Source: Marsupella aquatica (Eukaryota > Plantae > Marchantiophyta). Taken from it: DNA of 64,000 nucleotides. The notes beneath the pieces were generated by a model. The model did not search any database, had not been told where the DNA came from, and saw nothing but the letters and a program-made list of their open reading frames with translations. The stretch lies in contig OZ316898.1 of assembly GCA_973895155.1 (NCBI GenBank), positions 15,282,330 to 15,346,329 of the forward strand, given 5' to 3'. The position numbers and the translations under genes are program-made. Below are positions 52,469-62,900 of this stretch, piece after piece (within the stretch, counting starts at the first letter, position 1; every line of letters starts with the position of its first letter).

Positions 52469-53314
52469 CTACTCCTCACTCTCTCCCACCTTTGCTAAGC
52501 ATACATCTCCGCTGAATCTTGGAGGGCCAGGCCTCAAAAATATCAAAGTCCCAAGCTTCCCTCTAGCTGCTGATTCCAGAAGCCAATCAGGGGAAAGCAC
52601 CCAAAGATTGTTGTTCATGACAAAATCACGCACTGTTGTCTTAAAGAATTTTCTGCATATTTTCATGTATGACAGACCTACAACATGAGTGGAGGTTTCT
52701 GTTAGACTCTCCTCCACTGTCCCATCTAGCTCAACAACTATAGACTTGTACAGTCTGCACTTAGTCTCCCCAATTCCTTCTTCTGCAAATACCACACTGA
52801 ACCCCTTCATAATGGTATTTCTCTCCTTGCCATGCTCATTCAATATAGCATCTGCACGCATAGGATGGTGTCCTATGTTGACAACAGGTCCATATTGGAC
52901 AGAAGCAAAGTTGGGTTTCTCTGCCGCTGCTTCATAGGCTTCCTTTTCAGCCAAAGCCTCTGTAGTGGCCTCCTCACTCTCCCACAACTCATATTGCTCA
53001 GTACTCTGTACACACCTATGTTTAACAGAATCGGTCAGCCAAGAGACTTCAACTACTTTTAGACCTTGGTTGGTAATGGCAGAATCAATGAAGGACCATG
53101 ACCACTTGTTCATCACATCCAGCCATGTCCCCACAACAACATGTGTAGTCTGTGGAGTGATGTCCTTGACTTCAGTCCCATGGAACTCTGAGAATCGTTT
53201 TTGTACGATTGGCCAACTCACTTGGGTGAACCCATAGTGGCCAGGAATCAAAATGGCTTTGATTCCAGCCAACAGAGGCGGGTGGTCAACCTTTGTACGT
53301 TTCCTAGAGGCCAT
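52469..53314 (-). CDS. Tandem-BRCT protein, DNA polymerase lambda/X-family-like BRCTs (CACTA cargo)
   Basis: BRCT1: LLAGIKAILI...TTHVVV...VVEVSWLTDSVKHR...EQYEL. BRCT2: IMKGFSVVFAEEGIGETKCRLYKSIVVELDGTVEE..STHVVG...VLSPDWLLES. Confidence 0.78.
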   Translation of the reverse strand: MASRKRTKVDHPPLLAGIKAILIPGHYGFTQVSWPIVQKRFSEFHGTEVKDITPQTTHVVVGTWLDVMNKWSWSFIDSAITNQGLKVVEVSWLTDSVKHRCVQSTEQYELWESEEATTEALAEKEAYEAAAEKPNFASVQYGPVVNIGHHPMRADAILNEHGKERNTIMKGFSVVFAEEGIGETKCRLYKSIVVELDGTVEESLTETSTHVVGLSYMKICRKFFKTTVRDFVMNNNLWVLSPDWLLESAARGKLGTLIFLRPGPPRFSGDVCLAKVGESEE

Positions 53315-53912
53315 GTACACACGGGCCACCTAATCACTGTAGACCGGAAGATAATGCGTTCACCTGATAATCGGAGGGCCCTTAAAATGCTGCGTTTATA
53401 ACTTGGTCCAGTCCAGTCGTCTGGTGAGTCTCTGCTCCGATTCCAAACGGGAGAAATATTGGGACAAACGTACTAGACACCTGCAAGCATGCACCTCATA
53501 GTTTGAATATGTGCCTTCACAATATTGAAGGTGACAAGTGCAATTGTTTTGTGATGCCACATACAGATGTTGTAAATGGGCAGACATTCAATGAGAATAC
53601 AAAATGTTGGTACACTTTAAGGGAATTCTCGCAAATTAAATAGCCTTGTAACTTATATGCTCATAATGAGAAGTCCTGATTTAATTTAAGCAGTGTCATG
53701 TAAGTCGTGATCAAAATGATTGCAGAGTTAAAAAAGTTCCTAGAAGGCTTAAGGGCAGTTTTTGAAGGCATGTACCCAGGAACAAGTAATGAACTTAGGG
53801 TACTTGTTGCCTAAGCATCCTCTCCTACAGAGGTCCTTCTTCTCAAAATTGGAATGTCTGCAATCTCCAAGGTATCCACATCAGGTGCACTATGCATGTA
53901 TATTATTCAGGT

Positions 53913-54593
53913 TCAAAGCCAAGAAATGTGATCTCTCATGGGAGTGTGCAAAGTAGGATCTATGGCATGGCGATGACAATAGAAGATCCATCGATCAACA
54001 CCATGTGCAGAGTGATCATAGATGTGTCTGTCACAAGCATAGCCTTCTGCTTGACGCTCCTTCAAACAATGAAAGTGCCACATGGTGGGACACCTAACAC
54101 AGTGGACTATGTCCACCCAGAAATCTTCATCGTGCTGACCACATGCCTTGCACTTATGAAGTGGGCAAGCTGTGGCAAGATCGGGCAAACATGAAAAACA
54201 AAAGAACCTCACACAATATCTGTCAGGGCATTTCCTAACAAGTGGTGGAGCATCAACAGAGCCCTCATAAGACCCCAACTTCCCACACTGTGCACACTTA
54301 GCCTGCTTCTCCAAACAATCAGTGCACATCCAGCCTCCCTGGTGTGCTGACGGGAGGCCCACCCCTGGACAGTTGTTTTCTGCAGCAAGGTCAGACTCCA
54401 GGTTGAGGTAGAAATGCCTCATGCAAGGGCCCTCACATATGGCTAAGCCACCACCATCGTCACAAATGGCACAACAATGAGCTGCCTTCTGGAAAATCTG
54501 ACTTGCGGAGAAGTTACTACCATCTGGCCCAACTACACCTGTGTTGCTCACCTCTGTCCCCCACTTCTTGGCTCGGATTTTAGGGCGTGCCAT
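53913..54593 (-). CDS. EDM2/NSD-like multi-PHD zinc-finger protein (CACTA cargo)
   Basis: CAICDDGGGLAICEGPCMRHFY...C..VGL....WMCTDCLEKQAKCAQCGKLGS...VRKC...CVRFF...CPLHKCKAC...HCVRCPTMWHFHCL...FYCHRHAIDPTLHTPMRDHI follows the EDM2 PHD cluster. No other domains. Confidence 0.8.
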   Translation of the reverse strand: MARPKIRAKKWGTEVSNTGVVGPDGSNFSASQIFQKAAHCCAICDDGGGLAICEGPCMRHFYLNLESDLAAENNCPGVGLPSAHQGGWMCTDCLEKQAKCAQCGKLGSYEGSVDAPPLVRKCPDRYCVRFFCFSCLPDLATACPLHKCKACGQHDEDFWVDIVHCVRCPTMWHFHCLKERQAEGYACDRHIYDHSAHGVDRWIFYCHRHAIDPTLHTPMRDHISWL

Positions 54594-55212
54594 GCCTACG
54601 CATGAGACAGATAGTACAATTTAGCAGAGTGCATGGACAATACAATTTAGTGCAGTGTACAAAAAGTACAGTGTAGCATATAGACTAGAGTGGCAATTGC
54701 TACTGCAATGAAATGTTCACACACATGTGCAGAGTAGACATACTTTTTGGTTTGTTGAGCCCACACTAAAAACTGATCCCCTCGTACAATAGCTCCACCT
54801 ACACCTCAATTTTGTGGCTATGATTCACCAAAGGAGATCTGCAACAAGATTTAATGCATTTGAATCACATATAACAGTCGTGACATGTAAAACAGACATT
54901 TTTTGAATAGGATTGGTATCAAGCAGTGTGATCAGGGTTGTAATTTATACATCCTAAATAGGCTATGATAGTGAATGAGACAAATAAGTTAGGCATAAAT
55001 CACTTTTTCCAGGTTATCACATGGCCCATTAATTCCAGTCTTTGAAAGGAGACTTTTAAGTGAGCGTGCTAGCCTCTTAAATTAGGATATTGTACTTAGT
55101 GCAGCCATAATAGGATAAGTTATGTACTGTTGACCCTAAACCCTGGACCCAAAATTGGTCATAATTCAAAATCTTAAGTAAATATCCTCTCTGTTCAAGT
55201 CAAAGTGTTAAG

Positions 55213-55710
55213 TTATAGGTCAATGGTCTCTGGTTTGTGCATGCGGTGTGACAAGTGGTCCTCTAGAGCGTGTGATCCAAACATGTGTAGACACCAAAGT
55301 GACCGGTGGTGGGGTCTGGGAGGGCAGGACAAGTGACATCGCCAGGCACTGCAGGATGGCGAGTGGTTCCAGATGATACATTGTGCTCTGTGAAAAAACC
55401 GACATCCAAGAGAACAGTCATCCAACTCTAGGCCAGAAGCCCTACAGGCAGGACAGTCATATTGGCAACTGTGCACACACCCTTGGGCCCTAATTTGTGG
55501 CGGGTCATGTACAAGAGACAGAAATACCAAGGATGTTGGGAAGGGTGGAGAAGCAGGTACAGGCCGGCTGTAGTTGTTCCTGGCAACAACTGGGTACTCA
55601 AAGTACCATGCAGACTGGGCTGGAAGGATCCCAAGTCTGACATACTCAAGGCGCAACATCTCTGCCTTGCGTGCAAGCCGCACATGTTCAGCGTTGCGGG
55701 TCCTCACCAT
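55213..55710 (-). CDS. Cys/His-rich 165-aa protein (putative CACTA cargo)
   Basis: Starts MVRTR. The C-terminal half has many C/H pairs. Co-oriented with the other cargo ORFs. Family unknown. Confidence 0.45.
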   Translation of the reverse strand: MVRTRNAEHVRLARKAEMLRLEYVRLGILPAQSAWYFEYPVVARNNYSRPVPASPPFPTSLVFLSLVHDPPQIRAQGCVHSCQYDCPACRASGLELDDCSLGCRFFHRAQCIIWNHSPSCSAWRCHLSCPPRPHHRSLWCLHMFGSHALEDHLSHRMHKPETIDL

Positions 55711-57092
55711 AAGTGTTGCTTTTGTGGAGATGTCGTGTGTTCACGTCCTCTGATAAGCACCTTCGATCAGCAAGGTGAGCAGGAGCTGTACTTGCCTCAC
55801 CAACAGCAACCAACCTTAAATTATCAGTTCCCACTCACTGTGTCATTCCATTGGTTCCAGCTAGGGGTCACAGTGTAAACATAGCATGAAACACTCCTAA
55901 TCAACTTGCTTACAAACTACAATATCCAGAAAGAGTGAAAGTCTCACCCTCCAGTGAGCAGCAGAGAGGTAGTTCACTAGATGTGTTGATGTGCAGTTAA
56001 ACCTCCACTATTGCTTACTTCTGGTGTATGTTGCTTAGAAGAAGACATATTAGTAGCAGCAAATTGCAAATAATGGCCATAAGCAAACCGTGAGAGTTTG
56101 CAGAATGCTACGACAAATCCATCACAGCAGTGCTCCACAGGAATGAAACCAAGCAAAATTTGGTGACCTCGGCCAATGACAAGGCCAATGTAGTGAACAA
56201 TCCTTGACCGATCAGGATATGGATTGGAATTACAATTAGTCAGCTCTTCTTCTTTGTTTTCTAACTCTGGGGGAAATGAGCATGACCAGGGAATTCTTTG
56301 AGAAATAGAAGTGCACAGGGAAAATGAAATTGGCTCATTCAGCTGCGCAAGACCGACCATTGTAGCATACTTGGACAGTTGTTCCGCAATACACTAGTAT
56401 GACAGGAACTCAAGGAAACATTTGTGGCAATGTCTTCACAGGAAAAGAAGAATCGCTAAGTACAGTATTCTTAATAGTAGTTTCGTTCTAATTCTGAAAT
56501 CTACACATAGGATGGAAACCCAGGACATTTCTCATGAAAATTGAAGATCCATTCAACAACTCCATGATAGCCTATTCCGCATTGTGTCCGTCCCATGCAA
56601 GCGAGGGGTGTTCATCCGAGCTTAGTCTAACCACGAATGATTGTTCTGGAAGCAATTGCGACAATGTTTTGGTAATTTTCTCCTACCCAACTCAATAGCT
56701 CACAAACATGGCATTGGACCCATTAACAAATTATACTTGCCATCATTCTCAACTGTATTACATGGCCCACACTGCTGATGTCCCTGACTCTTAAGGGAAA
56801 CTCATCTCCTGGGCCAGCAACATCTCAGATTCTACAAAAATGAGAAACTATGAAAACTTATTGAAGTCATATCCTGTGATTGTAGCATGTATGATTCACT
56901 AGGACTGCAAGCAGTTCTAGATCCTGCTGCACTTTATATACAGCAGCAACCTGAGCTCCATGAACTTGTTTTTAATAGACGTGCGTTTGACCACGGCTAC
57001 AACTCCAAAACAATCAGTCATCCAATCAAATCATAACAAAACCCACCCGCAAGCTGAATGTAGAGGATAGAGACAGAGAAAATCACCTGGGC

Positions 57093-57329
57093 AATGAAGT
57101 CGGATCACAGGGTGCGAAACTAGTACTCAACAGGGTAAGACCGATCACAGCAAACAAAGCACGGAGCTAGACCACCAAAACTCCAGCAAGACAGTGTCGT
57201 GTCCATTTATTTGTAGGGAATGAAGTCGGATCACAGAGTGTAAAACTAGTACTCAGTAGGGTAAGACAGATCACAACAAACGAAGCTAACACAACAAAGC
57301 ACATAGAGGAGCAAAACTCCAGCAAGACA
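57093..57329. repeat. ~100-110-bp direct repeat, two copies (57093-57192, 57219-57329)
   Basis: AATGAAGTCGGATCACAG..AAACTAGTACTCA..AGGGTAAGAC.GATCACA..AAAACTCCAGCAAGACA appears twice. Confidence 0.85.
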
Positions 57330-58250
57330 TAAATCAGACCTCACAGCCTTTTGACTAGCAAAGGGAGATAGTCTACGCTTTCCATTGCTGGTCACAGCGC
57401 GACGGGCAATCAGGATGATGCCATGCCGAGTAGAAGAACAACAAAGCATTCTATAAAAAGCACTGAGGTTGGCGTTATAGTAAAAGTGGTAGTACTTCTA
57501 GTAGCGCGACCAACTCGCTAAGTGACAGTTCGGAGTAGCTTACCTCCGAGAAGAAAGCCAGAGCAATTTAGCAGAAATCCCCAAGAAAATCCCCACTCTG
57601 AAGATGGTAAGCTTGCAGCTGCTCCCCCGGGTGCTCCCCTCAACCTCGCCACTTCTATTCTGAGTAGCGCAGGTCCTCTCCACCCTCTCACCTTGCACCT
57701 CCTGAACAGGTGACCAGCACTATCCACTCCCACCGCAACTGTGGACGGTCCCTAAAAAAATGCAGATGACAGCGACCAATAGACAAAGGATTACATGCGT
57801 AGACCTGGCAGAAATCTTCAGTGCAATGCGTGACTAAGCTGACCAGTATTTCTCAATAGGGTACCAAAAGCCACAGACAATACAAAAGGCAGTGACAAGC
57901 ACAGGCGGTGGCAACTAGCAAAGGCAGTGGCAAGCAAGCAATCAATGATGATAGCGGCAATCGACAATGGCGGTGGGAGGCAGCAATAGGAATCACCTGA
58001 ATGAAGTACCAATCCGCAGCGGGAGGGAATGTCAACCTTCTTGTCAATTGCAGACCACCTCCGACCTCAAGGTCTCCCTCACGTCAACACCTAAAATGTA
58101 AGTGATGACCCAATGTATCCTCCCTGATCGCAGCTTGTGATGCCTAGACAGGAATCACTCGGCCGGTTAAGTGGGTAAAGCAGGAAGGCACCCTAGGAAC
58201 ACCTTAGTATAGTGACAAAACAAGGAAAATATAAACAATTAGGGGCAACC

Positions 58251-61200
58251 ATGGAACCCGGGCAGAGGCTGGAGGTAAGGCTGAGGGTGAAAACCCGATT
58301 AGGGTTAGGGTGCGTTAAGCGTCGGCGGCTAGGAAGGATCAACGGGAAGAAGGACCAGCAGAGGAGAGGGGTAAGGAGCGCTTGCAGGAGATGGTGGCTC
58401 ATTTGCGAGCACGAACTAGGCAGACGACTACGGGAGGCCAACTACTGTCAGCTGCTTAGGCAAGCACTCGGGGAGAGAGTAGATACCGACGATCAACCTA
58501 AGGAGGGTATGAGCAACGTCAATCAAGCGGCACATTTCTGGGGATGCCTGTTCGAACGGGCAACTGAGTACATCAAGACTTACGAGGACGAGGAGTCAGA
58601 AAGGGCAGCTCGAGAACGGCAGGAGCTCGCTCGATTGTGGGAGCTGCAGAAGACGGCTTTCTTAGGAGGCGAACTCATCAAGGACGAGTTCCTGTGGACG
58701 CCTACTTCCAATCAACTCGACGATCTTCTGTTTTGCAAAGACAGCGTCGTCGGCATCCGAGAGGCCATCAAGAACTGCAACGACATACACTGGGAATTAA
58801 AGGGTAGCACGGAAAGGTGGACCCAGGCAACGGTGCTAGGAGAAACCTCCACGGCAGCAGAGATGAAGAGGAAGGGAGCCGTCAACGATGAAGCCACCCC
58901 GACAAAAAGAACGAGGTCGGCGGCACCAAAGAAGCCAGCCGAGCAGCAGAGCAGGAGGCAGGGAGAAGCCAAAGAGGAGGAGGTCGATCCCATCAAGGCC
59001 ATTCCAACCAGGGATGACACCTGGAAGGGCTGGGCGGCAACCCTACCGGTGGAGGTGCAACTACATTTTGCACGGGAGGAGGATGCATGCTTTACGGCCA
59101 TGCAGACCAAGAAGTACCAAGGCTTCATGGCCGGATCCGGCTTGGAGGCCTTTGTAAGATTACCATGGCTGAAGCCGGAGGTACCGGAGTCAGACCTATT
59201 AGAATTCGTGGGGTCATGGGAACCCGAGACCAATTGCACGAGGATATATGGGAAGGATTTCTATCTTACTCCCAAGGTGATTGCCGAAGTGTTTGGCTTG
59301 CCGATGGGCAATAAGACCAAAGTTGATACCAGGAAGACCTTGCCTGACAAGGAGTTCCGGTCGTTCCCCGGGCCATCAACGAAGAATGGCTTCTTCCGGA
59401 ACACCTGCACCAACCCGCACATAGGAGAGATGATCGACTTCTTGCGGGTGACCATGCATTGTAACTTGCCGAGGGCAGAGATCGGCAAGGCACAGGTCTA
59501 TCTGGCAGAAAGGCCAGACCCAAGCCGGGACTACAACGGGTACCTCCTCAACCAATTGAAGAAGATCTTAAAGGAGGAGCAGCAGGTAATCGGCATGGGG
59601 AGCGTGTCGCGGCTTGGCTATCACATGCCGCTGTTGTGCCGGTATGCCAGAGGTCAGACTTTTGCCCCGGTACTTCCCCTGTAGGTAAGGGCACCCGAGG
59701 AAGCTCCAACGCCGAGGCCGTTGGCTGAGAAGCCTCAACCACCTGCTAGTCCTACGATCGAGCAGGTGTTTAGGCCCAGGAAGGAAGACTTGCCGATGCA
59801 GCAACCAGGCATGCAGAGTCTGCTGAAACTACTGGAGAAAGAAAAGAAATCGGCATCGGCAACAACAACAACAACAACAACGGCAACGGCAACAATGCAG
59901 GACACTACTACAGAGGTAGGCCTACACCGGCTCACAAGAGAAAACCCCTTTGCTGGAGACAAGGAGAGAATCAGGCCGGAATCCAAGCCAGGTGTTCGAA
60001 TGTACGTGGGAACCTCAAGCTCCGAATCTGAGGCAGAATTGCCTGAAGCTCCTACCGAGGAAGAGGAGAGGGAGAAGCCGGAAATCCAAGAGGTAGAGGA
60101 GGCAGTGGAGGACTGCAGCCATGATAATTCCGGCTATGGGTCGGACCATTACGTTCCAGGAGTAAGGACCTGTGGCCGGTTTGTCCCCACACTTCCAAGG
60201 GTAGTGCGAGGGGACCCCAACCAGCAGAGTAGCCCTGAGTCTCCCCCACCAGATGTTGCTCCCCCGAGCTTCGACGGCATAAAACAGATGGTGCAGGAAT
60301 TTCAGGAGCGAATCAAGCAGGAGGAAGAGGCCGCCCTGGCTAAGGAAAAGGATTTACCAGGAGGAGATTGGCCGGAGGACATCAGGTGGCTAGCCGAAAA
60401 AGGAAGCAAACCTCTAGCCACGATTGAAGAGATCCGCAGGACGGCTTGGGAGCAGAGGCCACGATGGGCGATGCCGATCACTTCTACTTACTCCACCTAC
60501 GCTAAGAATAGAGCCATGGAGTATGGTGAGATGTGTGGGGAACTTGCGCTCGGCATCTTTGGAGAGGAGTTGGAGGTAGGACCCTTTTTCCATAGGGAGC
60601 AGTTGGAGAAGCACCAATTAGAAGAAGCGGTGGCTTTAGAGAGAAGCAAGAAGGACGAGGTCATTCGGCGGCTTAGGAGGATGGAAGCCGAGATTGAAGA
60701 TCTAAGGGCGGCCAAGAAAGCCCAAGATGAACTGCGGATTAAACGACATGAGCTGAACATCATGCAGGGGCAGTTGGACGCCGCGCAGGCTGATAATCAG
60801 AATATCAAGGATAAACTGACTCAGACGCAGGAAGAGTTGGCCGACACAATCAAAGAAAGGGAAAAGTGGAAGCAAGAGCTGAAGAATACAGAGGAGGCCC
60901 ACATAACAGCCAACAGCCGGGCCATGGCAGAGACCCAAAGAAAGGAATGGGCGTTGAAAGGGGAGCTCGAGAAAATCCGCGGAGCCCTTGAGCAGAAGGA
61001 GGTCGAGTTAGGGAAATCCTATCAAGGGATTATGGCGCTGCAGCAGGAGCTTGCGTCCCTGACGGCCAGCTTCAAGGCCGACCTAAGGGAGAAGGACGAG
61101 ATGCTCGAACAGACTTACGCCAAGATGAACCAGATGGAGTCTGTCATCATTGCAGAGCTCGACAAGGAGCTAAGAGCAACCCAGGAGGAGAAGGCTACCT

Positions 61201-61910
61201 TGAAGAAGGAATTGGAGGAAGCCCACAGGGAGCAGGAGGAGGCCAAAAACGAGCTGGAGGGGGCACGTAAGGACCTGGATGAAACCCAAGAGGAGTTGGA
61301 GGAAATCACGAGGAAGATGGAGAACCTACAGCGGCGGGCCGACAACCAAACAGAGCGGCTGAAGAAACAAGCCGCAGTATTTAAATGCTTAGCTGCAGCA
61401 GGTCCATCTCCCGTTGGGACAAACCAGTTACCAGGGGTGGTAATTGCCGAAGGACAAGCCGCGCCACCTGCACCAGTGCCGGAAGTAAGTGGGAAGGGGA
61501 AGGGACCAGCTGCCGAGCCACCAACAAAGAAGAAGCGGAAACCTTCAGGGTCAAGGAGTAATACGACTTCACAGGCCGTGGTGATCAAGGAGGTAGACCC
61601 AGCACCGACCCCAGACAGGGTCACGGCTAAGGATCCAACTACCCTAGGGGAAGGGGAAGCCGAAGCCGTGGGAGTGGCTGAAGCCGAAGCCGTGGGGTTG
61701 GCTGAAGCCGGAGCCGTGGGGGTGGCTGAGGCCGAAGCCGTGGGTATTGCCGAGGCCGGTGTCGAGGCTGAAGCCGAAGGTGGACCCAGTCAGGCCGATG
61801 GAGAGTTGACTCGGTCAAGGGCAGGTAATCTGTCAGTAGGCGGGCCAACGGCAGTGGCTGAGGAGGAAGTGTTGGGGGCGTCCATTGAGGATCCACCACC
61901 GGTGTCGTGA
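58251..61910 (+). pseudogene. ~1,220-aa retrotransposon accessory ORF (PMD/plant-transposon-protein-like segment + long coiled coil) with one premature TAG at 59682-59684
   Basis: ORFs 58212-59684 and 59721-61910 share a frame. The minus-strand copy has CAG at the stop position (PTLPLQARAP). Segment GLEAFVRLPW...LLEFV...IYGKDFYLTPKVIAEVFGLP. Heptad-rich E/K region. Confidence 0.75.
61655..61780. repeat. 24-bp coding tandem repeat (AEAEAVGV)n
   Basis: GCCGAAGCCGTGGG(A/G/T)(G/T/A)T(G/T)GC(T/C)GA, four to five copies. Confidence 0.85.
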
Positions 61911-62835
61911 CGGTGCAAGGGCGCCGTTCCTTTTAGGGAGGGCGGACGTGGAGGGAGGAGGCGTGAGTGGGCAGGGCGGGCACGGATCTCCACGTTTAGG
62001 ATTAGGATCAGAACCAGGAGCGGCCCTGACACTTAGCTTAGTGGGATTACGGTCCCACTGGTAGGAGCAACACTTGTGCTCCTGCCTTGCTGTACATAGG
62101 TAGATTCGGGCAAGTAGATTACTGTTAAGTAGATTAGGCTTACGATGCAAAGAATGGCGGATCCACTACCAGGATAAGTACCTGGGCAGCGGGGAGCTCA
62201 GGGCCTCTTCTTTAGCAAGTTTTTAGTTTGCACCAGCCGGGCTGGGATCAAGTAGTACGAGAAGCTCTCGGTTAGTCATACAGTGACCCTTGTGTATATT
62301 CATGTTTCCTCATGCCTAAGAGCTGAATAGAGTTGGCCTCACGGCTTAGTTCGCAGAACTTGTGTATGAGATGTACTGTTTGTATGGCAAGTGCATGGTA
62401 TGACTCAGTCAGAATGAGTCATTTTGCTATTTGTGTGTCGCATTAACTTGTGTGAAGAGTGCCCACATCAACAGAAGGAAGGAAAGTAAGCAGGGGAGTG
62501 AGAGTTGGATGTGTCGAGCTGAGAGAGGTCTTAGCGGCTTAACCAAGCCTATTGGGGATCATTCCGGCGGCGGAATCCAAACATACCTAACAAGACGGAG
62601 GGGAAGACAGGGGAAGACAGGGGAAGGCCTATATTAGGCCGGCTACGTATCTCATGACCCGATGAAGGATCTGTCCAGTATATGTGTGTAAAATGTTAAT
62701 AGTAGTAGTAGAAGGTTAGCAGCGTCCCATGCCGCTAAGCCGCGGAAACGGCCTCGCCAAGCACGAAACCTGCGGGAATCGACTTGAGCTGGGGGGTTTC
62801 TTGGGTTTAGGGAGCCATGGGACGCACCACATTTT

Positions 62836-62853
62836 TGGCGCTAGATGGAGGGG
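62836..62853 (+). promoter_or_regulatory. Primer-binding site
   Basis: TGG-initiated 18-mer 4 nt after the LTR CA end and 48 nt before the gag ATG. Cognate tRNA not determined. Confidence 0.75.
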
Positions 62854-62900
62854 GCATTTCTTAAGCCGTGAGATATGAAGTTAGAACGGAAGCGTAGGTA

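Larger units (their letters stand above)
43563..58135 (-). mobile_element. Large CACTA (En/Spm) transposon with cargo genes; other terminus not in the window
   Basis: TIR CACTAGTAGAAACCG at 43563. Subterminal AGTC(G/T)TT and AACGACT repeats at 43595-43920. TnpA-like and TnpD genes present. Interrupted on the right by an LTR element; right boundary approximate. Confidence 0.88.

Noticed and set aside
52469-53314. Idea that the CACTA BRCT cargo was captured from the neighbouring XRCC1
   Set aside because: No visible similarity to the XRCC1 BRCT (GVVFTFSGIVNPER...); it looks like the Pol X-type BRCT instead.
58019-58037. GCGGGAGGGAA-TGTCAAC as PPT plus LTR start
   Set aside because: No pol upstream, and TGTCAAC does not mirror the CACCACA end. 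TGTGATGC at 58136 fits better, though the boundary remains uncertain.
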